Assembly (NCBI GenBank): GCA_024137785.1
Contig: JAHRHZ010000030.1
Coordinates: 5,372,220 to 5,436,219, forward strand
Direction of reading: 5' to 3'
Length of the DNA stretch: 64,000 nucleotides
Origin: Ginglymostoma cirratum
Lineage: Eukaryota
Of the stretch, positions 40,044 to 52,686 are shown one piece after another. A program made the position numbers and the translations under genes. The notes beneath the pieces were generated by a model, which saw only the letters and a list, made by a program, of their open reading frames with translations, did no database searches and was not told the DNA's origin. Positions within the stretch are counted from its first letter, which is position 1. Each line of letters starts with the position of its first letter.

Positions 40044-40170
40044 ACTGAGGAAGGGTCACTCAACCCAAAAGGCTAACTCAGATTTCTCTCCACAGATGCT
40101 GCCAGACCTGCTGAGCTTTTCCAGCATTTTTTTTCTGATTTACAGCATCCGCAGTTCTTCACTTTTTATT
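40044..40170 (+). mobile_element. Solo family-2 terminal repeat, degenerate hammerhead
   Basis: aCTGAGGAagggtcactcaacccAAAAggcta followed by the family-2 tail. Confidence 0.7.
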
Positions 40171-41170
40171 TAAGAGAATTTTGTCTTGAAGATACATGTC
40201 AGATATGGCCTCAGGCTGAGTGCTGAACTCCCTGTTCCTCCATCTTCTCCATCTTGTCTCGCTTTGTGTAACCTTTTATCATTGTCTTACTGTTGCTCAA
40301 TTCCCAGAGGAAGTTGTACCATGAAATCTACCATGACCAGAAGTAACTATTTTCAGAACAAGTTTTTATATGTCAAAAAATGTACTGAAAGACCATGCTA
40401 CGTGGGCTATTCAAACTTTAGCCAAATATAGGATGCCTCCAAAAATATCTACAATTGAACCAGTGACCAGAATAAATCATGAAGCAATTGAGCTGTAAGA
40501 TCTTCATAGCCCTTTAAATAGTGTGAATAGGAATTCCTTCATTTTGTTTAATGCCATTTTAAGATGTATGAGTTTAAGTCAGTGTGATAACTGGAAATGG
40601 CAAGATTGGTTTCAGATTGGTGTTGCACAGTGATTGGCATTTGATGTCCGTATTCTACTTTCTGGAATTAATATTTGTTGTTCAATTTAATCTCTAATAT
40701 GTGAAAACAATCAAATAATCAGCTGTGATGTCAAAGACTGTTTTACATAAGAACCTGAGAACTAGGAGCAGGAGTAGGCAATTCTCTTCCTTGAACCTAT
40801 TCTGCCATTCAATGGTATCATAGTTGATCTCATCTCGGCCTCAACTCCACCTTCCCGTCAGCTTCCTATAACTCTTCACACTATTATTAAGTAAAAATGT
40901 ATCTCTTCCTTAATTTACTCAATGTCCCAGCATCCACCACACACCGAGGTAGTGAATTCCACAGATTCACCACCTTTTGACAGGAGTAATTTCTCCTCAT
41001 CTCCATTTTAAATCTGCTATTCCTTATCATGAAACTATAATCTCTCATTCTAGACTGCTCCACATGAGGAAACATCCTTTCTACACCTCCTTTGCCAAAC
41101 CCCTTTGTGATCTTATATACCTCAATTAGATCTCCTCTCATTCTTCCAAACCTGAGAAGATATAGACCTA

Positions 41171-41826
41171 GAGATAAAAGGTACTGCAGATGCTGGAGAA
41201 TCCGAGATAACAAGCATGGGGCTGGATGAACACAGCAGGTCAAGCAGCATCATAGGAGCAGGAAAACTTGACATTTCGGGCCTAAACCCTTCATCAGAAA
41301 CCCCCATTTCTGATGAAGGGTTTAGGCCCGAAACGTCAAGTTTTCCTNNNNNNNNNNNNNNNNNNNNNNNNNNNNNNNNNNNNNNNNNNNNNNNNNNNNN
41401 NNNNNNNNNNNNNNNNNNNNNNNNNNNNNNNNNNNNNNNNNNNNNNNNNNNNNNNNNNNNNNNNNNNNNNNNNNNNNNNNNNNNNNNNNNNNNNNNNNNN
41501 NNNNNNNNNNNNNNNNNNNNNNNNNNNNNNNNNNNNNNNNNNNNNNNNNNNNNNNNNNNNNNNNNNNNNNNNNNNNNNNNNNNNNNNNNNNNNNNNNNNN
41601 NNNNNNNNNNNNNNNNNNNNNNNNNNNNNNNNNNNNNNNNNNNNNNNNNNNNNNNNNNNNNNNNNNNNNNNNNNNNNNNNNNNNNNNNNNNNNNNNNNNN
41701 NNNNNNNNNNNNNNNNNNNNNNNNNNNNNNNNNNNNNNNNNNNNNNNGAAGGGTTTAGGCCCGAAACGTCAAGTTTTCCTGCTCCTATGATGCTACTTGA
41801 CCTGCTGTGTTCATCCAGCCCCATGC
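41171..41826. mobile_element. Insertion whose visible parts consist only of hammerhead-bearing family-1 repeats (inverted + direct), spanning an assembly gap
   Basis: 14-bp TSD aagatatagaccta at 41157-41170 and 41827-41840. Cores at 41270-41297 (-), 41310-41337 (+) and partial 41748-41770 (+). Confidence 0.85.
41348..41747. other. Assembly gap (400 N)
   Basis: Run of N. Confidence 1.
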
Positions 41827-42917
41827 AAGATATAGACCTAAACTGCTCAATCTCTCCTCACAAGACTAATCTCTCAATTCTGGAATAAATCTAGTGAACC
41901 TCCTTCTCTGAGCCATCTCCAATATAGCTATATTCCACCTAAAGTTAGAGGACCAAAACTGTATGCAATATTCCATGTGTGGGCTCATTAATGCTTTGTA
42001 AACTTCCCTACTTTCAATTCTTGATTTCAGTAGCAAAAACTGCCAAAATTCCATTTGCCTTTCTTAACACCTGCTGTACCTGCACATTAGTTTTCTGTGA
42101 TTCATGCATGAGGATACCCAGATCCCACTGCAGCTGAAGCACTCTGAAGTTTCTCTCCATTTAGATTATAAATTGTCTTTCTAGTCTTCTGACCAAAATG
42201 GCTGACCTCATGATTTTCCACATTAAATTCCACCTGCCAAATTTTGAACCGTTCACCTAACTTATTTATTCCTTATTTTATATTTCTTATTTATTAATTC
42301 TTTAATTACTTATTTCTTTATTGCAGCTTACTTTCCCACATATTTTAGTGTCATCTGCAAATTTGGCTTTAGTACATTCTATCCTCGCATCCTAGTTATT
42401 AATATAGATTATAAGTAGTGGGGCCCAAGGACCAAATACTGTAGTATCCCAATAGTTAAATCTTGCTAACAAGAAAAAACACCATTAGTCCCAAACTCTC
42501 TGCTTTCTGTTGGTTAGCCAGTCCTCTATCCAAGCTGATAAATTACTCCCAACCTCATGTGATCCTGTATATTAACCTTTTGTGCAGCACCTCATCAAAT
42601 ATCTTTTGAAAGTCCAGACATGCTACATCTACAGGATCCCTTTCATTCACTTGTTTGATGGATTTTTGAAAAATTATAGCAAATTAGTCAAATATAATTT
42701 ATCCTTAATAAAACCATTCTGACTCTGATCAATTGTGTTTTAACTTTCCAAACGTCCTGTTATTATTTCCTTAAAATGGATTCAAACAATTTCCCAACAA
42801 CAAACATTAAATGAACCCTTCTATATTCTGTGCTTTATAACTCCACCCCCCCATCTTTATTGAAAAATGGCATTATGTCACCATTTTTCCAATCTATTGG
42901 AACCTTTCCCACATCCA

Positions 42918-43970
42918 GGGTCAGATTGCAGGTGGCGGAAGATGTGGAGAATGATACGTTGGATCCGGAGGTTAGTGGGGTGATACGTGAGGACAAGGGG
43001 GATTCTGTCTTTGTTTTTGTTGTGGGGAGGGGATGTGAGGGCAGAGATGCGGGAAATGCAAGAGATGCGTTTGACAGCATTTGACCCCACAACCAGGGAT
43101 ATATTTCCTTCCCCACCCCTATCTGCCTTCCATAGAGACCACTCTCTCCAAAACTCCCTCGTCCGCGCCACACTCCCCACTAGCCCCACCACCCCTGGCA
43201 CCTTTCCCTGCAATCGCAGGAAGTGCTACACCTGCCCCTACATCTCCCTTTCACCTCCATCCAAGGGACCAAAAAAACCTTCCACTTCAGACAGATGTTC
43301 ACCTGCACATCTGCTAATGTGGTCTACTGCATCCACTGCTCCCGATGTGGCCTCCTCTACATTGATGAGACCAAGCGAAGTCTCAGAGACCACCCTGTAA
43401 AGCGTCTGTGCTCTGTTTGCGACAAAGGACAACACCTTCCAGTCACAAACCACTTCAAATCCCCCTCCCACTCCCTGGATGACATGTCCATCCTGGGCCT
43501 CCTCCAGTGTCACAACCAGTGACACCACCCGGAAACTGGAGGAACAGCACCTCATATTCCGCCTTGGGAGCCTACAACCCACTGGTCTCAATGTGGACTT
43601 TACTAGCTTCAAAATCTCCCCACCCCCAGCCTCATACCATGACCAACCCTCCCTCTCATCCCCACCTCCTTGACCTGACACAACCTGTCCGTCTTTTCTC
43701 CCACCTATCCGCTCCTCACACCTCACTGACTAATCCCCACCACTGCCTACTTGCACTCACCTATCACCATCCCACCTACCTTCTCCAGCCCCATGTTTCC
43801 TCTCTGTATTTATTTCAGAGCTCCCTTACCCAACCCCCATTTCTGAAGAAGGGTCCTGACCCGAAACGTCAGCTTTCCTGCTCCTCTGATGCTGCCTGGT
43901 CTGCTATGTTCCTCCAGCTCCACACTGTGTTATCTCTAACTCCCGCATCGGCGGTTCTTACTGTCTCTGA
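42918..43970 (+). mobile_element. PLE copy with a 5' inversion, GIY-YIG remnant and intact hammerhead (43843-43870)
   Basis: 42918-43080 is inverted relative to 43081-43970. FTCTSANVVYCIHCSRCGLLYIDETKR; CTGAAGA-a-gggtc(ct)gaccc-GAAACGTC. Confidence 0.9.
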
Positions 43971-44568
43971 TAGAGTTAAAATATAATTTGTTTTACTTCC
44001 AAGATTAACTTCTCTACTGAATAGGCCTGAAAGGCTGGAATTGTTGTGTTGTTACATAATGATGGATCCTTGATGGCTGCTGCTTGCATTGCATCAGACA
44101 ATAATATATAAGATCCTGTTTCAGGATATTAATGTTTGTCTGCTGAAATCAGCACAAAACAGTTACTGTGGACAGAGAAAGGTACATATGAAAACAACAC
44201 GGATAATAATATTGCAGTATAGGTCAAAGAGATTTTTCCAAAGAACATTTCTCACGCATTTTTGATTCATTGGCAATGTTCCAAAAGTAATATTATTAGC
44301 TGATCATGTCATGGAAGTTATTTTCAAGGCGTGATGGCATGAGGTAATTCTTTGAGATGTGCCAGAAGTTTAGTGTTCCCCACTGTGAGCACATTTACTT
44401 GTATGTATCTGAGTAAGACACTTGGAAACTTAAACATCCATAAAGTCTTTCTTCCTAATAGGTGCCTCTGTGCATAATTTCAGGTTGGTCCTTGTGTGCA
44501 GTTGTGCTGTTCACTGATGCATCAGTACATCACAACCAAAGCCTTGCAACACTTTCAATCACTGCCTG

Positions 44569-45205
44569 AGATAACAAGGTGTACAGCTGGATGAACACAG
44601 TAGGCCAAGCAGCATCAGAGGAGCAAGAAAGCTGACGTTTCGTGTCTGGGCCCTTCTTCAGAAATCGGGGAGGGGAAGGGGATTCTGAAATAAATAGAGA
44701 GAGATGGGGAGGCGGATGGAAGATGGATAAAGGAGCAGAAAGGTGGAGAGGAGACAGACAGGTCAAAGAGGTGGGGTTGGAGCCAGTAAAGGTGAGTGTA
44801 GGTGGGGAATTAGGGTGGGGATGGGTCAGTCCAGGGAGGATGGACAGGTCAAGGAGGCTATCCGTCCTCTCTGGACTGAAAGCCTCCTTGACCTGTCCAT
44901 CCTCCCTGGACTGACCCATCCCCACCTTAATTCCCCACCTACACTCACCTTTACTGGCTCCAACCCCACCTCTTTGACCTGTCTGTCTCCTCTCCACCTT
45001 TCTGCTCCTTTATCCATCTTCCATCCGCCTCCCCATCTCTCTCTATTTATTTCAGAATCCCCTTCCCCTCCCCCATTTCTGAAGAAGGGTACAGACCAGA
45101 AACGTCAGTTTTCCGGCTCCTCTGATGCTGCTTGCCCTGCTGTGTTCATCCAGCTGTACACCTTGTTATCTCAGATTCTCCAGCATCTGCACTTCCTACT
45201 ATCTC
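44569..45205. mobile_element. Fold-back element of two inverted PLE 3' repeats (~290-bp arms), one hammerhead per strand
   Basis: Arms 44567-44859 and 44882-45173 are near-perfect reverse complements. 14-bp TSD tcaatcactgcctg at 44555-44568 and 45206-45219. Confidence 0.92.
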
Positions 45206-48200
45206 TCAATCACTGCCTGTGTCTTTTAATGAATAAACAATGGCCTCAACAGATATGGGACATACACATGACCATTAAAATTAGGAAAGAAGTTGGCCAT
45301 TTGGTCCTTCAAACCCACTCTGTCACTCTGTAAGATCATAGCTGATCTGCTTGTGTTCCAAATTCCACATTCCCATCTACGCTAACAGCCTTTGATTCTC
45401 TTTTTCCTTGAATAACACAATTTAAAACCTAAACAAAATTATACTGCAGCAAATCTCTCACTGTTTTCAGTGGGTGAGTTTCTGTACAAACATAGGCAAT
45501 TTTCCAATTCCATACTTTCCAAATGGGTGGGGATCCATTCAGAGATCTGGTTCACTATGACTTTCACCTGCCCATCCTTAGCAATACTGCCCTTGCTGAA
45601 CTTTCCAAGGCCAGCTTAATTATATTATTGGGGTCAGGTTTGAGGCAGTCTGGATGCCTGTGTCTAGGAACATGTCCATTTGAGGTGAGAGATATCACGG
45701 GTGGAATTTTCAAGCCTAGCCTGGAGCTTTTGGAAGGATGGGAGGCAAATTTTTGTTTCCCTTTTGCAGATTAAACTTTTAGTATTAAATTCTCAGAGAT
45801 TTTCAGGCACGCTGGTCCTTTTCCAATTGAATTTCCTTTGTATTCATTGGCATGTCATGAACACCTATTATCAACCAGTCCGCTTGAATTACATTACTGT
45901 GCACAGTTTTGTTAAGGAAGAACAAGAAACAGCTTTGTTAGACACACAGTTATATATACAAGACATGTTCCTGGTGGAGTAGACTTCCTTCTATGAGCTC
46001 CGTTAAGTTTACAACTTTGATCCTTCAGATACAGACAGATTTCTTGTACAGATGCTTGTCTTGAATAAAGGATTAGCGGTGAAACAGATTCTCAAAGGGA
46101 ACAGGAACTGGAGTGCAGACTTCAAAACTTAAATGATTATAGTGTTAGGGGTGAAGATTTACAGGATCATTAGATTGCTCAATCCAGAGCAGTCACACTG
46201 CTTCATGTAAACCAGAGGTGAACAGACAAGCATGCCTAAACTAAAAATGGTGGTTGAACTCAAATGCAACAACTAATAAAAAGGGAATAGAAGGTAAAAC
46301 TGGGATCAGCAAATAAACTCATGTGCGGACAGCCTGTAAAGGAAAGAAAGTGTATGGTTATGGGAAGCAGTTTAAAGTTCACAGGGAATGGAGACAGCGA
46401 AGTGGAATGAAGAGGGTTGTGTGACTATTATAAGGTTAACAGGGACAACAGGGAGGAGGATGGAGATGGATATAGCTTGGACAGTAAGATGAACTCACTT
46501 TTACTGCTGGGGAGTATTACTGCCGAAAAGAAACAGTTGGACTGAATAAGAAAAAGTGTATGGGTGATACTGCGCAATGGGATTTGAATGGGGATTGGCT
46601 CAGCTGGAAAGGAAGGCATTGGAAGGGAGAGAGTGAAAGGCCCCAGATTGGAAGGGGAGTGAAGATGAACAGAGGGGAAAGGAAAAAAAAAGTCATATAA
46701 TAATGGGGTAGGTATTGGTGGAAGTGTTATCGATAGAGAGAGGGTAAAGGAGGACAGATTTTAAAGTAAAGTTGATCATGATCTTTGCACTCTTCAATAT
46801 TGTTCTCAAAAGGAAGAATAATGAGAATGTGTAGTGCAAAATGGAAAGGCCCAGACCTGCTTTCCTGTGCTTTAGTCAGAGTGAATTCACATTCCCAAAA
46901 AGTTCATTAAAAACAAACCTGCAAAAACATAATGAGCAATTATTCCTCAGTTGCTTTGCATTGAAGGCAAACGGAACTTTGCTGTCATTGTGCACACAGC
47001 TTGCAAGTGCTTTACCGTGCATTGATTTGCCTTTGGTTGCTCTGCCTCCTCAGCCACTGATACCAGGGTCAAGTACTTCTGTCTTGCCTTGCCCTTTAGC
47101 ACAGGCACAAAGGCAGGATTCTTGTTATGGTTGTCAGCAGCCGCAATCAAGTCATATGGGATAGCCTTTGCTCAGGGGTTCTGACAATAAGTCAAGGCCA
47201 GCCTCCAAAATCAACCCAGGACACAGTCAGTCAGTCACCTGGGGCCTTAGAGTCAGGATGCTCACCACCTAAGGGGTAAGGAGCAAATTTTGGGAAGCCC
47301 ACCACCTGCCTTGATCTTTTCTGCCCAACTGGGGTCTATTTTCCTTATGAAATGAGAGAGAAGCAGGTTTTAATTGAGTTGAAAGTGGGTGGCACGTCTA
47401 TTAGGATGGGTGCATGTGGGGAGCTTTCCTGAGCAAGTGAATAGGCAGTGCAAAGTGCATACAGGGTTAGTGGTACTGGATGTTTGGGTTGGTGACAGCA
47501 AGTGGAGAAGATTTTGAAGGCAGTAGTGGAAGTGGTAGAGCAGGAGTCTTGGTGGGAGTAACTGTGAGGTATGACAGAGAAAAAGGACATGGACCTTCTT
47601 TTTCCTGGACTGGGCATTCAACCAGACAGCTTAGATTGATCTAAACATGGACTAGGCTGACATTGTCTAGTGTTGTGGTCTCCTCTTCTGGTCCTGAGAG
47701 AGAAGGGGAAGTCACATACTTGCAACACCCAATCCAGTAGGATCTCCAAAGTGAGATGACAATTTCTCCCTATTTGCCACTTTCAGAGCAAATCCGAGGA
47801 ACCATTCAGAAAAACTATAGAATGACAGTGTTTTTTCAGATGCACAACAGGCTCTTAAAAATGCCACACACGTAAGGGATGCTAGTTTTTTTGGCAGATA
47901 TTTGCTGAGTGCTGAGTTGTTTTGCATATGTGTGGGGTAGATGGAGCAAGAGTTGGATGTGAGGACACTATAGGGCTAGGATAAATAGTTAATGAGCCGT
48001 GTTTTCTAAGATACATTTAAAAATCTTGCTTGGCCTCACAGCAGGAATACCTCCAAAAAATTCCATTTAACTCAGATTTTGTGAAATAAACTACCTTTCG
48101 ACACATGCATTTTATCATAAAGTGCACTTATTCAACATCTTGAGCAAAGTAGCGACATATAAGTGGAAACTGACTAATGGGTTATGAAGGAATAGCCTTT

Positions 48201-48569
48201 GTATGACCAGGTGGCATGTGGGCAGATCTTCAACCACATCAGGAGCAGCCTGAAAAGGGGCAAGGGCTTCATTGTCTATGTTACAAATTTGAAATGAGAA
48301 CAGAATTCAGATTTTTGCTTTATGTTCACACAGAATGACTCCCATACCAAATAAATAAACCGGAATAGAAATTTATTGTCACTGCACATTTACATAAAAA
48401 ATACAGTGAAAAGTTTTATAAGGCACTCCACCACAGCACTTACATCAATGACAGAAGTTATACAAAATATTAAAAAATGTAAAACTGAGATAACGTTCAT
48501 CACAGTTTAGTTAACAGCTCTTGGGCTTGGGGAAGGTTGATTTAGGAATGATGGAATACCCTGAAGACG

Positions 48570-48830
48570 CTGCCAGGATGAGACTGCCATGCTGGCCACT
48601 GGGTACTAGGTTGGAAGCCTCTGCTGAAGAAGACTGCCATGCTGGGCGGGGACTGCCACTCCTGGATGACACTGGCTGCTGGGCTGCTAGAACACCTGGA
48701 CACTGAAGATGAAGACGATCTCCAGATGATGATGAGATCTCCATGCCAGGACAAGACTGCCATGCTAAGACTAGACTGCCACATCGGGAGACCGCCGCAG
48801 GGAGACTGCCACTCCAGGCTGAGACGACCT
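48570..48830. repeat. Degenerate GC-rich array of GACTGCCA-containing units
   Basis: gactgcca recurs at ~48582, 48632, 48651, 48755, 48774 and 48804, with a variant gaccgccg at ~48790. Confidence 0.6.
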
Positions 48831-50679
48831 TTCTCCTCCTTCAGTGGCAAGAGATGAAGAAGTCAAAGGAAGTCTACTGAAGTACTCAACATACAGGATC
48901 TCTAAATCATTCTTTGTTTACTGCATCCTGAACAACCCGGTTCGATATCAGTGTGAAACCTTACAAAAAGTAGAGATGGAGCACTTTTTCTAAGGTTTCA
49001 CATTGATATCAAACCAGGTGCTGAGGAAGCCAACACTGATGATAGAGATATAGAGTAAGCCAAGACAGTAGTGATATGAGGCAAACAGACCTGAGACAAC
49101 CTGATAGAAAATGCATTAGAGGATTCATTGTTTTCCATTCACATTTATGGGCACTCAGCAGTGACATTGATTTGGGATGTGGAGAAGCTTCTGACGCCAA
49201 GGGAATGGTTCTTTGGGAGCCATTAGCCTTCCTGAAAGTCTGATTGTCATACATATTAATTTCACTCACTTTGAACCAATAAAGTCCTGTTAAGATTGCT
49301 CGTCAGAGCACCAGTGAGGGGTTTGAGGCTTACATGAGGATGATGCTGAGAAGTGGTTAATCTTGCTGTAACAATAGACAATCATATGTGAAAGAAATAT
49401 CATGCTTCTACACTTCAGTGGGTTTCTCCTGACACACACCCATGTAGTATATGTTCCCTTTTTATATAGATCACCTTCGCCCAGATGACAGCAATGAATG
49501 ACAGCCTAACAGCTTCTCACAATGTTGCACTGATGCATATCAAATGCATCATGACCTCTCCTCATTGTCTGCAATGACGTCATGAACAGTGATAATTTTT
49601 GAAAGACTGAATGAGAGTGTCTTCAGTTGATGGAAGCTGCTGACTGGATGTTCTCCTTATTTCAGATGATTTTGGTAGATGCCCTCTGGCTTCCTGGAGC
49701 TGGGTGGCTCCTGCAGAGTGCAGGTGTGACTTGCTCAGCCTGAGAAAATGGAGTGTTTGGGTTATTGACAAAGAGGAGGTAGTGCAGCAGTGCACCCCTG
49801 GAGCATCCCGAGATAATAATTCAGCCCCTCCAGCCTATCCTGCCATTTGATAGAAGAATAGCTGATCTTAGTTCAGCCTCGACTCCACCTGCCCACTCTC
49901 TGTAACCCTTCAATCCATTGCTAATTAAAAGTCTGTCCATCTCCTCCTTAAATTTACTTGGTGTCTCAGCATCCACTATATTCTGGCGTAGTGAATTCCA
50001 TAATTTCATGACCCTTTGACGGAAGGATGTCTCTTTTAAATCTGCTACCCCTTATCCTAAAAACTGTGACCACTCATTCTAGATGGCACCACATGAGGAA
50101 GCATTCTTTCTATGTCTACTTTGTCAATCTTTGTTGGCATCTTACAAATCTCAATTAGATTTCCTTCATCTGCCAAATTCTGTCCCATTCACCTAAGCTA
50201 CCTATATCCATTTTTAAGTTTCTTATCTCTTTGTTGCAACTTACTTCTCCACTATTTTAGTGTCATCTGTAAATTTGGCCAGAGTATTTTTTATCCCAAC
50301 ATTCAAGTCACTAATATAGATTGTAAATCAGTTGGGACCTGAGGATCTAACCCCATCTTACCCAACTAGTTAAATCTTGCCAACCAGAAAAAGAGCCATT
50401 TATTCCAACTCTCTGCTTTCTGTTGGTTAGCCAATCCTCTATGTAAGCTAATAAATTACTCTAACACCATGTGAACTTACCTTGTGTATTAACCTTTTGT
50501 GCAACACCTTATTAAATGTCTTCTGAAAGTCCAGCTTTACTACATCTATGGGATCCCCATAATCTACATTGTTTGTTGTAACTTCAAAGAATTCTAGCAA
50601 ATTATTCAAAAATGATTTATCCTTCATAAATCATGTTAAGTCTGATGGGTTTGACTTTCCAAATGTCCTGTTATTAGAG

Positions 50680-51182
50680 TCAAAAAGTCATATAACACAG
50701 AAACAAACCCTCCGGTCCAACTCGTCCATGCCAGGCACCCTAAACTGAACTATCCCATTTGCCTGCATTTGGCCCATATCCCTCTAAATCCTTCCTATTC
50801 ATGTATCTGTCCAAATGTCGTTTAAATGTTGTAATTTTACCGGCTTCTACCACTTCCTCTGGCAACTCATTCCATACACGCACTACCCTCCATATGAAAA
50901 CGTTGCCCTTCAGCTCTCTTTTAAATCTATCCCCTCTCATCTTAAACCTATGCCCTATAGTTTTGAATTCCCCTACCCTTGGAAAAAGACCTGGGCTTTT
51001 TACCTTTTCAATGCTTATCATGATTTCAAAAACTTCCATAAGGTGTCCCCTCAGCCTCTCACCTACATGGGAAATAGCCCCAGCATATTCAGCCTCTTCC
51101 TTTGGCTCAAAACCTCCAACCCAGACAACACTACTGTAAATATTTTCTGTACCTTTTTTAACAACATCCTTCCTATAGCAGG
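50680..51182 (-). mobile_element. Younger CR1 3' fragment nested in the long CR1
   Basis: ORF 50740..51186 VVRVWNELPEEVVEAG...FKRHLDRYM...GYGPNAGKWD. Confidence 0.85.
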
Positions 51183-51944
51183 ACAATCAATTTCCCAATG
51201 ACACATGTTAAACTAACTGGTATGTAGTTTCCTACTTCCTGCCTCCCTCCTTTTTTGAATAACAGTTTTATATTAGCATTTTTCCAATCCACTGGAGCCT
51301 TTCCCACATCCAGGGAATTTTGGAATACTATAACCAATGGATTCACTAACTTTGCTGCCACTTCCTTTAAGATCCTGTGATGTCCTGGGGACTTGTCTGC
51401 ATCAATCCCAATAGCTTTCTCAGTACTTTTTCCCTAGTGATGATGATTGTACTAAAATCATCCCTTTCTATTACCTTCGCATTACCTGTTAATATTGGGA
51501 TGGTATTAGTGTTCTTCACTGTAAAAACTGAAGAAAATATTGATTTAGTGTCTCTACTGTTTCTGTGCTTCCCACTATTAACTCCCGAATCTTACCCAAT
51601 AAGGAACCAACCTTCATTTTAGCTAAATCCTTCCCAAACATATACACATAGAAACTTTTGCTATCCATTTTTATGTTTTGCGCAGTTTTCTTTCATAATT
51701 TACCTTTGCTGTTTTAATGACTTTTTAAAGTAATTCTTGGTCGATCTTTAAAAGTTCCCCAATCGTCCAGCCTGCCATTCGTCTTTGCAATATAATATGC
51801 CTTAGTTTTTGACTTTATATTATTTTTAACTTCCTTGCTTAGCAATGGATGTTTTATCTCCCAGTACAATTTTTCTTTCTTTCTATAATACATTTTAATT
51901 GGTAGCAATTTAGTATTTCATACTGCTCGTCAACTAACATACTT

Positions 51945-52056
51945 TTCTGAAGAAGGGTCTCGGCCCGAAACGTCAGCTTTCCTGCTCCTCTGATGCTGCT
52001 TGGCCTGCTGTGTTCATCCAGCTCTACACCTTATTATCTCAGATTCTCCAGCATCT
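51945..52056 (+). mobile_element. Solo family-1 repeat with an intact hammerhead (51947-51974)
   Basis: ttCTGAAGAagggtctcggcccGAAACGTCagc plus tail; atactttt is duplicated on both sides. Confidence 0.88.
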
Positions 52057-52686
52057 GCAGTTTCTACTATCTCTGAAATACTTTTTTGTCTTCCTACCCA
52101 GTCCACTACAGTCAGATCTGTCCTCATGGCTATGTAATTACCTTTGTTTAACTCTAGATCAGCAGTGTGGAACTCTAATGTCTTGGCCTTCAACTGAATT
52201 GGAAATTCTTGCATGCTATGATCACTCTTCCCTAGAAGATTCTTTACTATTAGATCATGAATTAATTCCAACTCATCACACAATATCGAATCCAGAATAG
52301 TTTGCTCCCTTGGTTGGTTTCCAACATATTTCCCCAAGAACCAATCGCTAACACATTAAATTAACTCTTGCCTGAGGCTACTCGTGCCAATTTGATTAAT
52401 CCAGTCCTTACGCACATTTTAATCATTCATGACTATTGGCGTTCTTTTCTTACAAACCCCATTATTTTCTGGTTTATACTGTGCCCCACTGTGGGACAAC
52501 TGTTTGGGGAACCTATAGATTACTCCTACCAGAGTCTTCTTTCCCTTGCTATTTCATAATGCTACCCAGGATATTTCTACATCTTGATCTCCACTGCTAA
52601 TATAATTTCTCACTACAGCACTGTCCTCTTCCTTTATTAACAAAACTACATCACCTCTTTTTCCTTTCTACCAATCCTTTAGAAAA

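Larger units (their letters stand above)
40745..42917 (-). mobile_element. CR1 LINE 3' portion (host of the 41171-41826 insertion)
   Basis: RGDLIEVYKI, VVNLWNSLP, PHMEYCIQFWS and KFADDTK remnants. Confidence 0.85.

Noticed and set aside
41216-41888. ORFs of 162-191 aa
   Set aside because: Artefacts of translating through the N gap.
44530-45333. Mirror-image ORFs of 155 and 196 aa
   Set aside because: A consequence of the DNA palindrome in a non-coding repeat.
47200-49810. Possible second Harbinger-type remnant
   Set aside because: The composition is suggestive, but I could not recover ordered transposase motifs.
2381-52056. Recurring ~30-bp hairpin repeat as a CRISPR-like array or terminator
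   Set aside because: The copies are dispersed on both strands inside retroelement termini in a vertebrate genome, with no spacer periodicity.
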